Assembly (NCBI GenBank): GCA_045863235.1
Contig: BTUM01000002.1
Coordinates: 32,001 to 96,000 of the forward strand
DNA length: 64,000 nt
Direction of reading: 5' to 3'
DNA from: Candidatus Xenobia bacterium
Lineage (GTDB): Bacteria; Vulcanimicrobiota; Xenobia; Xenobiales; QWHO01
In this document: positions 52,618-62,717 of the stretch, piece by piece
How the letters are laid out: each line of letters starts with the position of its first letter
Numbering within the stretch: the stretch's first letter is position 1
Program-made: the position numbers and the translations under genes
The notes under the pieces: generated by a model
The model's database searches: none
Told to the model about the DNA's origin: nothing
What the model saw: the letters and a program-made list of their open reading frames with translations, nothing else

Positions 52618-55020
52618 TCATCGTTTCCACCAGCTCTTCTTGCGAGGTGGCTTCAAGCCGAGCAGCTGGCGCAGCTCTTCCAGCCAGGCCTGAAGCTTTG
52701 GCAGGCCCTCGGCAGGGTCGCGCCGGTAGCTCTCCAGGGCTTCTCGGCCGCTCGCCTCGAGCTTCCGGGCCGGCTCGCTCGCCCACCGGACCAGTGTCAC
52801 CAGGGCTTCCTCAATCTGGTCGATCGAGTCAAGCGGCTTCGGTTCTTGCTTCAGTGACTCGATTGCCTTCTCCAGGCTGCTGAACGTTTTCCTGAGCCAC
52901 TCTTCGGGAGAAGGAGCAGGCTTACCGGTACGCTTACGATCAGGCACGTTAGCCTCGATGGACTGCGGGGAGGCTCCGCCCTCGATCGATGAGAGGGCGT
53001 CGAAACAGGCGCCAGAACCTGCCCCCAGCCATCCTGAGTCCAACGGGCCTGGTGCACCGGGCCGGCAGGGAGCTGCAGGGGCTGGCGACCGGTAGCCATA
53101 GACAGCTTCGGCCATGGCCCGGGACATTCGCGTCCCTCCGCCCACAGCCGTCCCCCACTGGGAAGGCGCTTCCACCGCCTGGGTGACTTGATGCACCTGT
53201 CCGGATGGATTCACCACTCCGCTGGCATCCACAGCCACGTAAGCGGTAAAGCGGCACAATACACCCCATTTCAAGGAGAAGTCAGTGATCGTCTGACCCA
53301 GGCCAAGGGGCCCCGCGTCCGTGTCGAGTCGGTGCTCCAGGTCGAGGACTCGGGCCCGGGCCCACACGTGGCGGAGAACCGGATCGGATGTCGGCTGGTG
53401 GCCCAGTTTGGCCTGAAATGGCTTGCCATCGGCCCTGGTGGCGGTGACCCGGACGCTGGCCGGCGCCGGTCCGGCCAGCCGCCCGCTGATCACTGCCGGC
53501 ATGCCCGGAAAGACATCCACCTTCTCCGGCGTGACCTCGCTCAAACCGTCCAGGTGCAATTGCAGGTCGCGCAGGACCGGAGATCCGATGCGACGGTGAA
53601 TCGAGCGCATGACCTCGTCGAGGCGATCTTCCGACTCGACCAGATCAAACACCCCGCCGCTGCTTTCAGCCAGCCTCTTGAGGAAGCTCTCGTTGACGGC
53701 CCGATCGACTCCTACCGTGTAAATGCGGGTCTTCCCAGCATGCCGGGCCACGTGCTCGTATACCTGGGCCTCGTTGCCCACCTGGCCATCGGTCACGAAC
53801 ACGACGACCTGCTCTCGTCCTTGCTGAGGCCGCGCAAAGTACTCCAGGCTGCGGGCCAGCGCAGGCCCGATCTCGGTCCCTCCGCGCGCCTCGACCCGGG
53901 CCAGAAACTCCACCGCTTGAAAGCGATTTCGGTCCGTCGCTTCGAGCAGCTTGCCACTGCCCTCCAGGGGCTCCTCCAGCACGGAATCGAACAAGATCAG
54001 GGCCAGCCGGTCCTTGTCTGTCAGGCTGTCGAGGATCCGAGCTGCGGCCCGTCGGGCAGCCACCATCTTCCACCCCTGCATCGAGCCGGAGCGGTCGAGC
54101 ACGACCACCACATCGCGCGGCTTGACCCCACAACGCTTCAGGTTAGGTGGAACGACGGTCAGGGCGACGGTGCAGCCCGGGCCGTCGGAGTCGGGCAGGC
54201 TGCGAAAGCTGGTGGCCACCGACTCCTCCCCCACTTCGAAGCGCAGGATGAAGTCTCGGTCCAGTCGAGTGGCTCCCGGTGTCAGGCCGACCCGACGGAC
54301 CCCCTCGGACAGGTCCTCGATCTCCAGCTCATGGAGGCTGGCGCGCAGGTTGCGAACCGGTAGCCCGGCCGAATCGAGCTCCAGGGAGAGCGTGAAGTGG
54401 ACCGGATTGGGCATTCCCGGCAGAAGGATGGGCGGGCTGATGCGCGAGGCGTCAGGCACGGCGTCGGTATCAAGAGCCGTGCCGCTGCCCACGCTCTCTC
54501 CGTCGAGAGCCACCCCCGGGATGTAGCGGGGGGCGACAACCAGGGGAAAGCGGTAGGTGGCTTCCCCGTCGGAGAGCGCCAGCGGTCCGGAAAGCTCGAG
54601 CTCCACCGTGATCGCTTCGCCCGGCATGATGTTGCCCGCCCGCATGGTGAAAACGTCCGGCCGCTCTTCCTCGGCGATGGCTGCACGCTGTCCCTGGGAA
54701 ATGGCCAGGTCGTAGTCGGCGCGGGCCTGCTCACGCTCCTTGAGAATCCCGTCGATCACCCGGTCGGCGACCTTCATCTTGAAGCTGACGACGGCCGCTC
54801 GGTCAGGCAGCGGGAAGATATAAGTGGCCTCCAGGGGCACATGGAAGGCGTTGACGAACGTCTGGCTGAGCTGGTTGCGAAAGTGCAACCCGGTAATGCG
54901 TCCGGACAGGCTCATGGCTCGCAGGGGCAGCCGGCCCCGCTCGGTCTCGATGGCACCGAACCCGGCCCTGGCGTCGGCCAGAGGCCGCTCTTCGTTGAGG
55001 ATTTCGAGTGTGGCTTTCAT
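52618..55020 (-). CDS. VIT + von Willebrand A domain protein
   Basis: VIT (EATYIFPLP..AAV..F), vWA MIDAS DRSGSM, GGTE, TDG. Confidence 0.9.
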   Translation of the reverse strand: MKATLEILNEERPLADARAGFGAIETERGRLPLRAMSLSGRITGLHFRNQLSQTFVNAFHVPLEATYIFPLPDRAAVVSFKMKVADRVIDGILKEREQARADYDLAISQGQRAAIAEEERPDVFTMRAGNIMPGEAITVELELSGPLALSDGEATYRFPLVVAPRYIPGVALDGESVGSGTALDTDAVPDASRISPPILLPGMPNPVHFTLSLELDSAGLPVRNLRASLHELEIEDLSEGVRRVGLTPGATRLDRDFILRFEVGEESVATSFRSLPDSDGPGCTVALTVVPPNLKRCGVKPRDVVVVLDRSGSMQGWKMVAARRAAARILDSLTDKDRLALILFDSVLEEPLEGSGKLLEATDRNRFQAVEFLARVEARGGTEIGPALARSLEYFARPQQGREQVVVFVTDGQVGNEAQVYEHVARHAGKTRIYTVGVDRAVNESFLKRLAESSGGVFDLVESEDRLDEVMRSIHRRIGSPVLRDLQLHLDGLSEVTPEKVDVFPGMPAVISGRLAGPAPASVRVTATRADGKPFQAKLGHQPTSDPVLRHVWARARVLDLEHRLDTDAGPLGLGQTITDFSLKWGVLCRFTAYVAVDASGVVNPSGQVHQVTQAVEAPSQWGTAVGGGTRMSRAMAEAVYGYRSPAPAAPCRPGAPGPLDSGWLGAGSGACFDALSSIEGGASPQSIEANVPDRKRTGKPAPSPEEWLRKTFSSLEKAIESLKQEPKPLDSIDQIEEALVTLVRWASEPARKLEASGREALESYRRDPAEGLPKLQAWLEELRQLLGLKPPRKKSWWKR

Positions 55021-55631
55021 GCGTTCTCCTCCTTCGATGGGACGGCCTGGTTCCAGGACTGCAGCGCTTGCAGCATGGGGGCCGCCAACCGGCTCAGCTG
55101 CCGGGGGTCGAGCGTGGGGTAGTGCCTGCGGTCGAGCATCAGCGTAACTCCCGGCGCCAACTCGAGCCCCTGCAGGGGAAGCTCGGAGGTCGCTCCGGTC
55201 GGTGCCTCGGGAACGTCGAGCCGGGCGGCCCGACGTTCCCAGAAGCGCTGTGGAGGTGTTCTCGTCTCCAGGCTCTCCGACTCGCGAGCCGAGGGAACCT
55301 GGTCAAGCCAGTTCTCCGGGAGACCGGCCAGCTCTTCCAATTCGCCCTGAGTGCGACCGGCGAGGGTGACCTGAATCTCCTGGAGCGGTGTCCCCTGCGC
55401 CTGCAGAGCCTTGACGGCCAGCAACTGCAGCAGGTGGCGCACCCCGTAGTAAGCCGTTCGTCCCCGAAGCTCGGCCGGGCGGTCAAGCAGCCCGAGCGTC
55501 GTGTAGTAACGGATCAACCGCTCATTTGGCTCCCAGCGAACTCGCCGCGAGTGGCCCGCGGGCTCGGCCCAACGGGTGCTCAACTCGACCAGCTCGGCCA
55601 GGCGCCACCGGCCTTCCGTTCCTCGGCTCAC
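55017..55631 (-). CDS. MerR-family HTH regulator coupled to the VIT-vWA gene
   Basis: [15 protein letters not shown]....R.A.Y...HL.QL; ATGA overlap with downstream gene. Confidence 0.85.
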   Translation of the reverse strand: MSRGTEGRWRLAELVELSTRWAEPAGHSRRVRWEPNERLIRYYTTLGLLDRPAELRGRTAYYGVRHLLQLLAVKALQAQGTPLQEIQVTLAGRTQGELEELAGLPENWLDQVPSARESESLETRTPPQRFWERRAARLDVPEAPTGATSELPLQGLELAPGVTLMLDRRHYPTLDPRQLSRLAAPMLQALQSWNQAVPSKEENA

Positions 55632-55637
55632 GGTCAA

Positions 55638-55666
55638 ACAATATCACTGTCATATGACAGTGTCAA
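55638..55666 (-). promoter_or_regulatory. Sigma70 promoter with an 18-bp perfect palindromic operator
   Basis: TTGACA-17 nt-TATTGT; CACTGTCATATGACAGTG (55645-55662) spans the spacer. Confidence 0.8.
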
Positions 55667-55743
55667 TACAAACATTTGTTCGCAAAGGCGCTCCGGCCGC
55701 AAGGCCGAAGTGGCTTTCTTACCAGAGAAAGGAACCTGCTATC

Positions 55744-56172
55744 ATGCGCATTCTGCACACCATGCTGCGAGTCGGCGACCTGGATCGCTCGATCGACTTT
55801 TACACCAGAGCTCTCAGCATGAAGCTCCTGCGCCGCAAGGATTATCCCGGCGGAAAATTCACCCTGGCCTTCCTCGGCTATGGTCCGGAATCCGAGCAAA
55901 CGGTGCTCGAGCTGACCCACAACTGGGGAGTTGAGAAGTACGAGCTGGGCACCGCTTACGGCCACATCGCCATCGGCGTGAACGACATCCAGGCTGCCTG
56001 CAAGCAGATCGAAAGCGCCGGAGGCCTCATCACGCGGCCACCCGGGCCGATGAGCCACGGTACGACTGTGCTGGCCTTCTGTCAGGACCCGGACGGCTAC
56101 AAGATCGAGCTGATCGACGAGACCTCCCGTCAGCTGACCATGCAGGAGGCAGAGCAGGCGGGCAGCTACTGA
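55744..56172 (+). CDS. gloA: Lactoylglutathione lyase (glyoxalase I)
   Basis: [46 protein letters not shown]. Confidence 0.95.
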   Translation: MRILHTMLRVGDLDRSIDFYTRALSMKLLRRKDYPGGKFTLAFLGYGPESEQTVLELTHNWGVEKYELGTAYGHIAIGVNDIQAACKQIESAGGLITRPPGPMSHGTTVLAFCQDPDGYKIELIDETSRQLTMQEAEQAGSY

Positions 56173-56351
56173 TGGAAGGACAAACTCTTGGTCTGACGCT
56201 GATCACCGGTGCCGTTTCCGGTTTTGCCGGCGTGCTGTTGTGGGCGCTCACCCACAACCGGGCCGCAAGCAAGCTGATCACCTGCTCGGCCCTGATCAGC
56301 CTGACCGTGCTCTCGGTAGGCACCCTGTACCTGCTCGGAAAGCTGGGCTGA
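56172..56351 (+). CDS. Small two-TM membrane protein (59 aa, below ORF-track cutoff)
   Basis: [64 protein letters not shown] overlap with gloA, ends 4 nt before the next ATG. Confidence 0.65.
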   Translation: MEGQTLGLTLITGAVSGFAGVLLWALTHNRAASKLITCSALISLTVLSVGTLYLLGKLG

Positions 56352-56355
56352 CCGG

Positions 56356-57222
56356 ATGCAACTGCTGGTCGACTTTTCCAGCCTGCTCTATCGTGCCTAT
56401 CACTCCACTCCAGATTCCATCCCCATGAACGGGGTTCACGGTTTCCTGAACATGCTGGCCCGGGTCCTGGAGGACCGTCGCCCGGTCGAGCTGGGCCTGT
56501 GCACTGACGACGACTGGCGGCCGGAGTTCCGCACTCGAGCGCTGCCGAGCTACAAGGCCCATCGAGTGGGCGATCTACCCGACCCGGTCACCCCTCAGGA
56601 GGCGGTGGCCCGCGAATTGCTGAGCGCGATGGGGCTGGCCGTCGTGGGCTATCCAGGCTATGAGGCCGAGGACGTGATCGCCTCGCTGTTGTCAAGGGCG
56701 CGGCAGCCGGTTGAGATTCTCTCGGGCGATCGGGACCTGTTCGCACTGGTGGAAGATCCTCAGGTCAAGGTGCTCTACCCGACGAAAGGCACCAGCCAGC
56801 TGCTGGAGGTGGACGAGGCCGAGATCACTCGTCGCTACGGGATTCCCGGCCGAGCTTACGGAGACTTTGCGCTCCTGCGAGGCGACCCCTCCGACGGACT
56901 GCCCGGCGTGGCGGGGATCGGAGAAAAGACGGCCTCGCGGCTGATCGCCGAGCACGGCTCGTTGGAAGCGCTGCTCAAGAGCGAGAACCTCAAGGAGAGC
57001 GAGCGCAAGAAGCTACAAGCAGGTCGCTCCTACCTGGAGACGGCTCGCAAGGTGGTCTTACCGGTCCGGGACATCCCCCTGCCTGCGGTCGATCTCAAGC
57101 TGCCCGATCGCTTCACCAACGCTGGCCTCGTGCGCGAGATCGCCGAGCAGCATCGGCTCGAGAATGCGGTCGAGCGGGCCTGGAAAGCGGTGCGTAACTG
57201 CCTGGTCAACCCGGTAGCGTAG
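56356..57222 (+). CDS. Stand-alone 5'-3' exonuclease / flap endonuclease (Pol I N-terminal family)
   Basis: LVD..SL.YRAY, YKA.R, EAEDVIA, SGDRD, GDPSDGLPGV.GIGEKTA. Confidence 0.9.
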   Translation: MQLLVDFSSLLYRAYHSTPDSIPMNGVHGFLNMLARVLEDRRPVELGLCTDDDWRPEFRTRALPSYKAHRVGDLPDPVTPQEAVARELLSAMGLAVVGYPGYEAEDVIASLLSRARQPVEILSGDRDLFALVEDPQVKVLYPTKGTSQLLEVDEAEITRRYGIPGRAYGDFALLRGDPSDGLPGVAGIGEKTASRLIAEHGSLEALLKSENLKESERKKLQAGRSYLETARKVVLPVRDIPLPAVDLKLPDRFTNAGLVREIAEQHRLENAVERAWKAVRNCLVNPVA

Positions 57223-58464
57223 CAGCGTCCAGTACTGGTCATTGCCGGGGAATCGAGCGCTGACCTTGGCCTCACCCGTCTCCAGGGCCGCCTGCCCCCG
57301 GAACCACTGTCCCTGGCGCGACAGGGGATGCCACTTGCCGCCATTGATGATCTGCACGTCGCTGGCTGCTGGCACGTAGACCGAGAAGGCAGATTTCTTG
57401 CCCGGCGGAAGGGCCAGGGTGCGAGGATACTCGAGCATGGCCTTGCGCTCGAGGAAGGTCGAGGAGATCTCGGGAAACCTCTGAGTGGTGCCGCGCCGCG
57501 CCTCGACCCAGTATTCCATCACATAATTGAAGCGCTCGGCGAACGGGTCGTCCTTGCCAAAGATTGCCACCTTGTAGCGGCCGGGCGCAGGAAAGAGCAC
57601 GTCCACCGCCCAGCCGTCCTTGTCCACCTGGGCCAGGCAGTGGGAATCGGGCAACTCCTGTCCGTTGCGGTACAAACCCGCCATGAGACTGACGCCGCTG
57701 GCGGCTCGGAACTTGAGCTTGAGGCCCTGGTCGGTCTTCAGAGTGCCGCGCGACTCGCGCGGTCGGATGTCGAAACGAAAGCAGGCTGACCCCACGCGGG
57801 GCAGGGAGTCTACCTGGGCCCGGCTCCTGGGAGGAGAGAGCAACTGCCAGGTCTTCTCCTTGGGAAAGTGGCTGTAAATGAGCTGATCGGGCGGCACCAG
57901 GAAGTAATAGGGATTGAACTTGCGGGTAAAGCGTCGCGACTGGTAGTCGACATAGCCGCTGCCCCAGGTCGAATCCAGCAAGTACCAGCGCCCCTGGATC
58001 CTGACGGCGTTCCAGGCATGTCCGAGCGACAGGTTGGTGGTATCCTCCGGGTCGCGTCGCACCTCCCCACTGACGACCACGGTCTCCACTGCGCAGCGCG
58101 AAGCCAGCGCCTCATAGAGATTGGCATAACCGGCGCAGACTCCGGTGCGGCGCTTGAGCACCGCTTCGGCGCTCTGATCGGGGTATTGCCCGGAGAAATA
58201 GCTCACCGTGTCGTAGGCGATGTGCTCGGTGATCCAGCGATAGACGGCTCGAGAGCGCTCTTCCGAGGTCTGACCGGCCTTCTTCAGGTAGGCTCCCAGA
58301 GCATCCAGACTCCGCTCAGCGGAAGCCGGGGCGGCGAGCGCGTAGCGGTCGACCTCAAGATAGAGTGATGGCTTCCTCCCCAGGGCCTCGGGAGCTGCAA
58401 TCAGGAGAGCCAGGACGACCACCGCAAGAATACGCCGCACAGGAGAAACATTTTGGCCGCCCAC
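57058..58464 (-). CDS. Secreted transglutaminase-like (kyphoscoliosis peptidase-like) protein
   Basis: Signal peptide; GVCAGYA (Cys), HAWNAV (His), LLDSTWG (Asp), YFL.PP...I.SHFP. Confidence 0.82.
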   Translation of the reverse strand: MGGQNVSPVRRILAVVVLALLIAAPEALGRKPSLYLEVDRYALAAPASAERSLDALGAYLKKAGQTSEERSRAVYRWITEHIAYDTVSYFSGQYPDQSAEAVLKRRTGVCAGYANLYEALASRCAVETVVVSGEVRRDPEDTTNLSLGHAWNAVRIQGRWYLLDSTWGSGYVDYQSRRFTRKFNPYYFLVPPDQLIYSHFPKEKTWQLLSPPRSRAQVDSLPRVGSACFRFDIRPRESRGTLKTDQGLKLKFRAASGVSLMAGLYRNGQELPDSHCLAQVDKDGWAVDVLFPAPGRYKVAIFGKDDPFAERFNYVMEYWVEARRGTTQRFPEISSTFLERKAMLEYPRTLALPPGKKSAFSVYVPAASDVQIINGGKWHPLSRQGQWFRGQAALETGEAKVSARFPGNDQYWTLLRYRVDQAVTHRFPGPLDRILEPMLLGDLAHEASVGEAIGQLEIDRRQGDVPDR

Positions 58465-58476
58465 TCGGGCTCTCCT

Positions 58477-60975
58477 TCACTGCGTCAGCTCGGCTGCGGC
58501 GCTCTCCATGTCGCGCCACAGATCGCCCCGGGCAGCCACTCGCGCGGGGGCGCTGGCCAGGGTGAACTCGTCAGGGTACACTGAGTCGAGCTCCTCCCAG
58601 GCCAGAGGGACCGAGACCCCGGCCCAGGACACGGGACGGGGCGAATAGATCCAGGCCAGGCTCTTGCCGTAGCTGTTCTGGTTGGCGTCCACGAAGACTT
58701 TTCCGGTGCGCCGGGCGGTGGACCACTCCAGGGTGACCTCCTGAGGCCGCTTCTGGGCCAGGAATTGAGCCAGGGTCCGGCTGGCGGCCCGGACGACCTC
58801 GAACGGGTAACGCCGGACGAGAGGCACCATGAGATGAAGCCCGGTCTTGCCCGAGGTCTTGACGAAGGGGGTGAGCCCCACTCCCACCAGCATCTCCCGC
58901 AGATCGCGGGCCAACGAGCAGGCGGTGCGAAAACCCGCCAGGTTCAGCTCCGGCTCGGCCCCTTCGGCCTCGCGGCCGGAATAGATGTAGGGGTCGAGAT
59001 CAAACAAGAGTCGATCAGGAAACAGCAGGGGATCGTCACGACCGTCCAGGGGCGCGGCTCGCGAGAGCCAGGCGTGCAGCTCGAGATTGGCCAGTTGGGC
59101 CAGCCACACCAGGGTGGCCAGATTGTGACATAAGAGCCAGGGCTCGCTCGGCTCCTCGCGGTTCTCGGCCGTCTCCACGAACTCGGGCAACTCGCTCTGG
59201 GTCCAATGCTTCTGATAGAACGACTTGCCCTGGATGCCGTCCGGGTAGCGCGTGAGGGTGATGGGACGGTCGATCAGGTGGGGCAGGGCATAGGATCCGA
59301 CCCTGAGCACGTAGGCGATCAGGTCGCGCTTGGTGTAGTCGGGCCAGAGAGGCTTGTCCAGGTTGGTCAGGGCCAGTTGGTGGCCTTCCACCTCCAGCGT
59401 TCCCTGCGCCCCCATCACGCGCAGGCGCTCGAGCGCCTCATTCTCGGCCAGGCCCAGAAATACGGGGCCTCGCAGCTTGCCCTGGGAGGTCCGGTCCTGA
59501 TAGCGAACCTCGACCCGCAAGGAAGGCTCCACCCAGGTAATGGGGCCGTCCCGCGGAGGGTCGACGAGCGCGCTGTCGCCCACTTTGAGCGCCTGCAATC
59601 GCTGCTGCCACTGAGCCAGTCCGGCATCGTCAAAGCCACTGCCCACGTCACCCACATAGCGCAGATGGCCGTCCTGGTTGCGAGAGCCGAGCACCAACGA
59701 GCCGAAGGTGTCGGCCCGGCTGCCCTCCCCGGGCCGAAAGCCGACCACCACGAAGACCTCCTCCCGAGTGCTCTTGACCTTGAGCCAGCTGGCGCTGCGC
59801 CGCCCGGGCTCATAGCGAGAGCCTCGCCGCTTGGCCATCAGGCCCTCCATTCCCAGGCTGGTCATCGCTTGAAAGGCGGCCAGACCGTCCTGAAAGCGGG
59901 CCACCGGTTGGAAGGGGGGCACCAGCACGGTTTCCAGCAAGCGCTGGCGTTGCTCGAGCGGGCAGGCGATCAGCTCGAACCCATCCAGATGGAGCAGATC
60001 GAAAGGATAGAAGACCACCGGGATCTCCCGCTCGGCACGGGCGATGTCGGCCGGGCGCTCGAGGTTGATGCGCCCTTGCAGACGCTCAAAGTTCGGCCGC
60101 CCCTGGGCGTCCAGGGCCACGACCTCTCCGTCGAGCCAGGCCTCGGCCACGGGAAGAGTGCTCAGAGCCTGGCTCAGCTCCGGGTACTGGTCACTGTGGT
60201 CGCGGCCCTGACGGCTCCAGAGCTCCACCGAGCCCTGCTGCAGGCGAGCCAGCAAACGAACCCCGTCCAGCTTGGGCTCGAAGACGAAAGCCGGGTCGTG
60301 AAAAGGCTGGCGGGCGCTCTGAGCCAGCATGGGCTGAACCAGCGAGGGCAGCGGACGCGGGCGCGAACCGGCCGCCAGCTGGGGCACGGGCCAGAAGGCG
60401 GGCCCTGGTGGCGGGCTGGTCGCCTCCTCGACCCGTCGTCCGGTCAGAACCGAGAGCTCATCCACCGTTCGACCCTCAAGGCCATCGCGGGACTTGCTGA
60501 AGAGCCAACCCTGCTCGGTGCGAATCAGGCTGAACCGGCCTTTGAGCTTCTGGCCTCGCAGGTGGATCATCACCCGACCGCGCTCGAGGTCGGATCGCAT
60601 CCGGATGCTGGCCTCCCGAGCGTCGAGCCAGCTGTGAACACGCTCGTGGGCGGGCGAATAGGTGCCGGCATCCCACACGATCACCTCTCCCCCACCATAC
60701 TCCCCGGCCGGGATCACGCCTTCGAAGGTGCCATAATCGAAGGGATGATCCTCTACGGCCACGGCCAGCCGCTTGTCGCTCGGGTCCAGACTGGGCCCCT
60801 TCGGGATGGCCCAGGAGATGAGCACCCCGTCTACCTCGAGGCGCAGGTCATAATGGAGCCGCCGGGCCCGGTGCAACTGCACCACGAAGGCCAGAGGGCC
60901 GAGACGCTGCAAGGCCTGGCCAGGCGCTGGCTCGGGGGTGACCTCAAAGTCGCGTTTGCGCTGGTATTCCTGCAA
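58477..60975 (-). CDS. ligD: NHEJ DNA ligase D (phosphoesterase-ligase-polymerase)
   Basis: Y..KRDF..TPEP, H.ARRLHYDLRLE (PE); EPKLDG, EGLMAK, WLKVK (ligase); RYPDG, FDLDP, KTSGKTGLH (polymerase). Confidence 0.92.
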   Translation of the reverse strand: MQEYQRKRDFEVTPEPAPGQALQRLGPLAFVVQLHRARRLHYDLRLEVDGVLISWAIPKGPSLDPSDKRLAVAVEDHPFDYGTFEGVIPAGEYGGGEVIVWDAGTYSPAHERVHSWLDAREASIRMRSDLERGRVMIHLRGQKLKGRFSLIRTEQGWLFSKSRDGLEGRTVDELSVLTGRRVEEATSPPPGPAFWPVPQLAAGSRPRPLPSLVQPMLAQSARQPFHDPAFVFEPKLDGVRLLARLQQGSVELWSRQGRDHSDQYPELSQALSTLPVAEAWLDGEVVALDAQGRPNFERLQGRINLERPADIARAEREIPVVFYPFDLLHLDGFELIACPLEQRQRLLETVLVPPFQPVARFQDGLAAFQAMTSLGMEGLMAKRRGSRYEPGRRSASWLKVKSTREEVFVVVGFRPGEGSRADTFGSLVLGSRNQDGHLRYVGDVGSGFDDAGLAQWQQRLQALKVGDSALVDPPRDGPITWVEPSLRVEVRYQDRTSQGKLRGPVFLGLAENEALERLRVMGAQGTLEVEGHQLALTNLDKPLWPDYTKRDLIAYVLRVGSYALPHLIDRPITLTRYPDGIQGKSFYQKHWTQSELPEFVETAENREEPSEPWLLCHNLATLVWLAQLANLELHAWLSRAAPLDGRDDPLLFPDRLLFDLDPYIYSGREAEGAEPELNLAGFRTACSLARDLREMLVGVGLTPFVKTSGKTGLHLMVPLVRRYPFEVVRAASRTLAQFLAQKRPQEVTLEWSTARRTGKVFVDANQNSYGKSLAWIYSPRPVSWAGVSVPLAWEELDSVYPDEFTLASAPARVAARGDLWRDMESAAAELTQ

Positions 60976-60978
60976 CCC

Positions 60979-61317
60979 TCAGGGCTTTGCGCTGTAGACC
61001 GCCCCGGCCTGCATGCCGGGAGTGATGCCTTCCACCGCGCGACCGTAGACCGCGCCCGCCTGCATTCCCGGCGGGGGCGCGATGACGTTGCTGTTCCAGA
61101 GGGCCGGCTCCCAGACAGGGGCCTGGACCAGAGCGCCGTTCTGGGCATCGGGGCTGAGCTCCACGGCGTCTGCGGTGGGCCGATCCGGATGCCAGAGGCT
61201 CTGGCTGCCTTCGACCCGAGCGCCGGCCTGGCCGAGCAGCGCGCCGTTGCCGACCACGCTCTCGGAGCTGCGGGCGGAGTTGATGGCGGCCAGGCTTTCC
61301 ACGGTTCGGTGACTCAT
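60979..61317 (-). CDS. Small hypothetical protein with duplicated PGMQAGAVY motif
   Basis: 112 aa; imperfect direct repeat with 51-nt period at about 60994-61070. Confidence 0.55.
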   Translation of the reverse strand: MSHRTVESLAAINSARSSESVVGNGALLGQAGARVEGSQSLWHPDRPTADAVELSPDAQNGALVQAPVWEPALWNSNVIAPPPGMQAGAVYGRAVEGITPGMQAGAVYSAKP

Positions 61318-61365
61318 CCTGAGCACCTTATCCCTCGCTCGGACGTTTCGACTAGGCAAACGATG

Positions 61366-62697
61366 TTAGCAATTCGTTAACCGTCGACCGACCTCGAAGA
61401 CCAGCTCCTCGTTCCACGGACCCGTGGCCACCTGCACTCCCAGCGGCAAGCCTTCGGGAGAGCGCCCAACAGGCACGCTCATGGCCGGCCAGCCGGTCAG
61501 GTTGAAGAAGGCGGCAAAGCTGATCCAGCCCAGCATGGCCTCGGACCAGGCAGAGGTGCCGTGGAGGCGGGCCGGACCGGGGGCCACCGGGCACAAGACG
61601 ATGGGGAAGCGCTGGGAGAACTCCAGCATCCGCGAGCGCAGGCGGGCCCAGCGATAGCGCAGGTGGCAGTACTCGGGCGAGGTGAGCCGATGCGGGGCGA
61701 TCAGCTGGAAGAACTCGGCCAGCAGACGGTGAGGCTGGTCAGTGCCAAGCTTCTGCAGCAGGCGCCTGAGGGCCATCCCCTCGTCGGCCAGGAAGAGTCC
61801 CTGCAAGAGCTCGGCCGTCTCTTCCACCCCGGGAGGGCGAATCTCGGTGGCCGGCAGGCCCAGGCGCTGGACGGCCCTCTCCAGGGCGGCCCGCGTGGCC
61901 GCGTCGGCGGAGACGATGCCGTTGTCGGCGAACCAGGCCACCTGGGCGCGAGCCGGATCGGGTCGTTCGGGGTTGGCGGGGACGACCTCGGGATCATGCC
62001 CATCCGGCCCCTGGATCAACCCCAGCAACAGCTGCAAATCACCCGGATTGCGCGCCATCGGTCCGATCTGCCACAGCCCGTCGGTCGTCCCGCCGGGGCC
62101 GGGGGTGTGCCCGGTTCGGGCCACTCGACCGGTGGTGGGCTTCATCCCCCAGACCCCGCAGTAGTGGCAGGGCAACCGGATGCTTCCGCCCGTGTCGCTC
62201 CCCAGTCCCAACGGGGTGGCCCCGGCCGCCAGCAAGGCTGCCTCTCCTCCGCTCGAGCCGCCGCAAGTGCGCTCGGGGTCGTGCGGATTCAACGTTCTCC
62301 CGATGAGCGCATTGTCGGTCTCGAGCCCCATGCACAGTTCGGGCACACTGGTCTTGGCCAGCACCACCATGCCGCAGCGGCGCAGGCGGGCCACCACCGA
62401 GGCATCCCGCTGACTGCGACAGCCGCGTCGTCCGGCCGTGCCATAGGTGGTGACCGTCCCCTCCACGTCCAGCGAGTCCTTGACCGTGAAGGGCACTCCC
62501 CAGAGCGCTCCTCCGAATCCGTCAGGATCGAGCTTGCGAGCTTGCTCCATGGTCCATTCCGGATCGCACCACAAGACTGCATTGAAGGATTTGACTGCCT
62601 CGATGCGGGCCAGGAAGGCGCCGGCTACCTCCACCGGCGAGACCTCCTTCAGCCGGATCAGCCGGGCCAGCTCGGTGGCGGGCAGGTCTGTCAGCAC
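61366..62697 (-). CDS. Amidase signature family protein
   Basis: GVPFTVKD, GGSSGGEAA, GLGSDTGGSIRLP, G.KPT.GR, GLPLGVQ. Confidence 0.92.
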   Translation of the reverse strand: MLTDLPATELARLIRLKEVSPVEVAGAFLARIEAVKSFNAVLWCDPEWTMEQARKLDPDGFGGALWGVPFTVKDSLDVEGTVTTYGTAGRRGCRSQRDASVVARLRRCGMVVLAKTSVPELCMGLETDNALIGRTLNPHDPERTCGGSSGGEAALLAAGATPLGLGSDTGGSIRLPCHYCGVWGMKPTTGRVARTGHTPGPGGTTDGLWQIGPMARNPGDLQLLLGLIQGPDGHDPEVVPANPERPDPARAQVAWFADNGIVSADAATRAALERAVQRLGLPATEIRPPGVEETAELLQGLFLADEGMALRRLLQKLGTDQPHRLLAEFFQLIAPHRLTSPEYCHLRYRWARLRSRMLEFSQRFPIVLCPVAPGPARLHGTSAWSEAMLGWISFAAFFNLTGWPAMSVPVGRSPEGLPLGVQVATGPWNEELVFEVGRRLTNC

Positions 62698-62717
62698 CGC
62701 GACGAAAAGGAGCCAGC

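Noticed and set aside
59206..61380. 724-aa plus-strand ORF
   Set aside because: Antisense shadow of ligD
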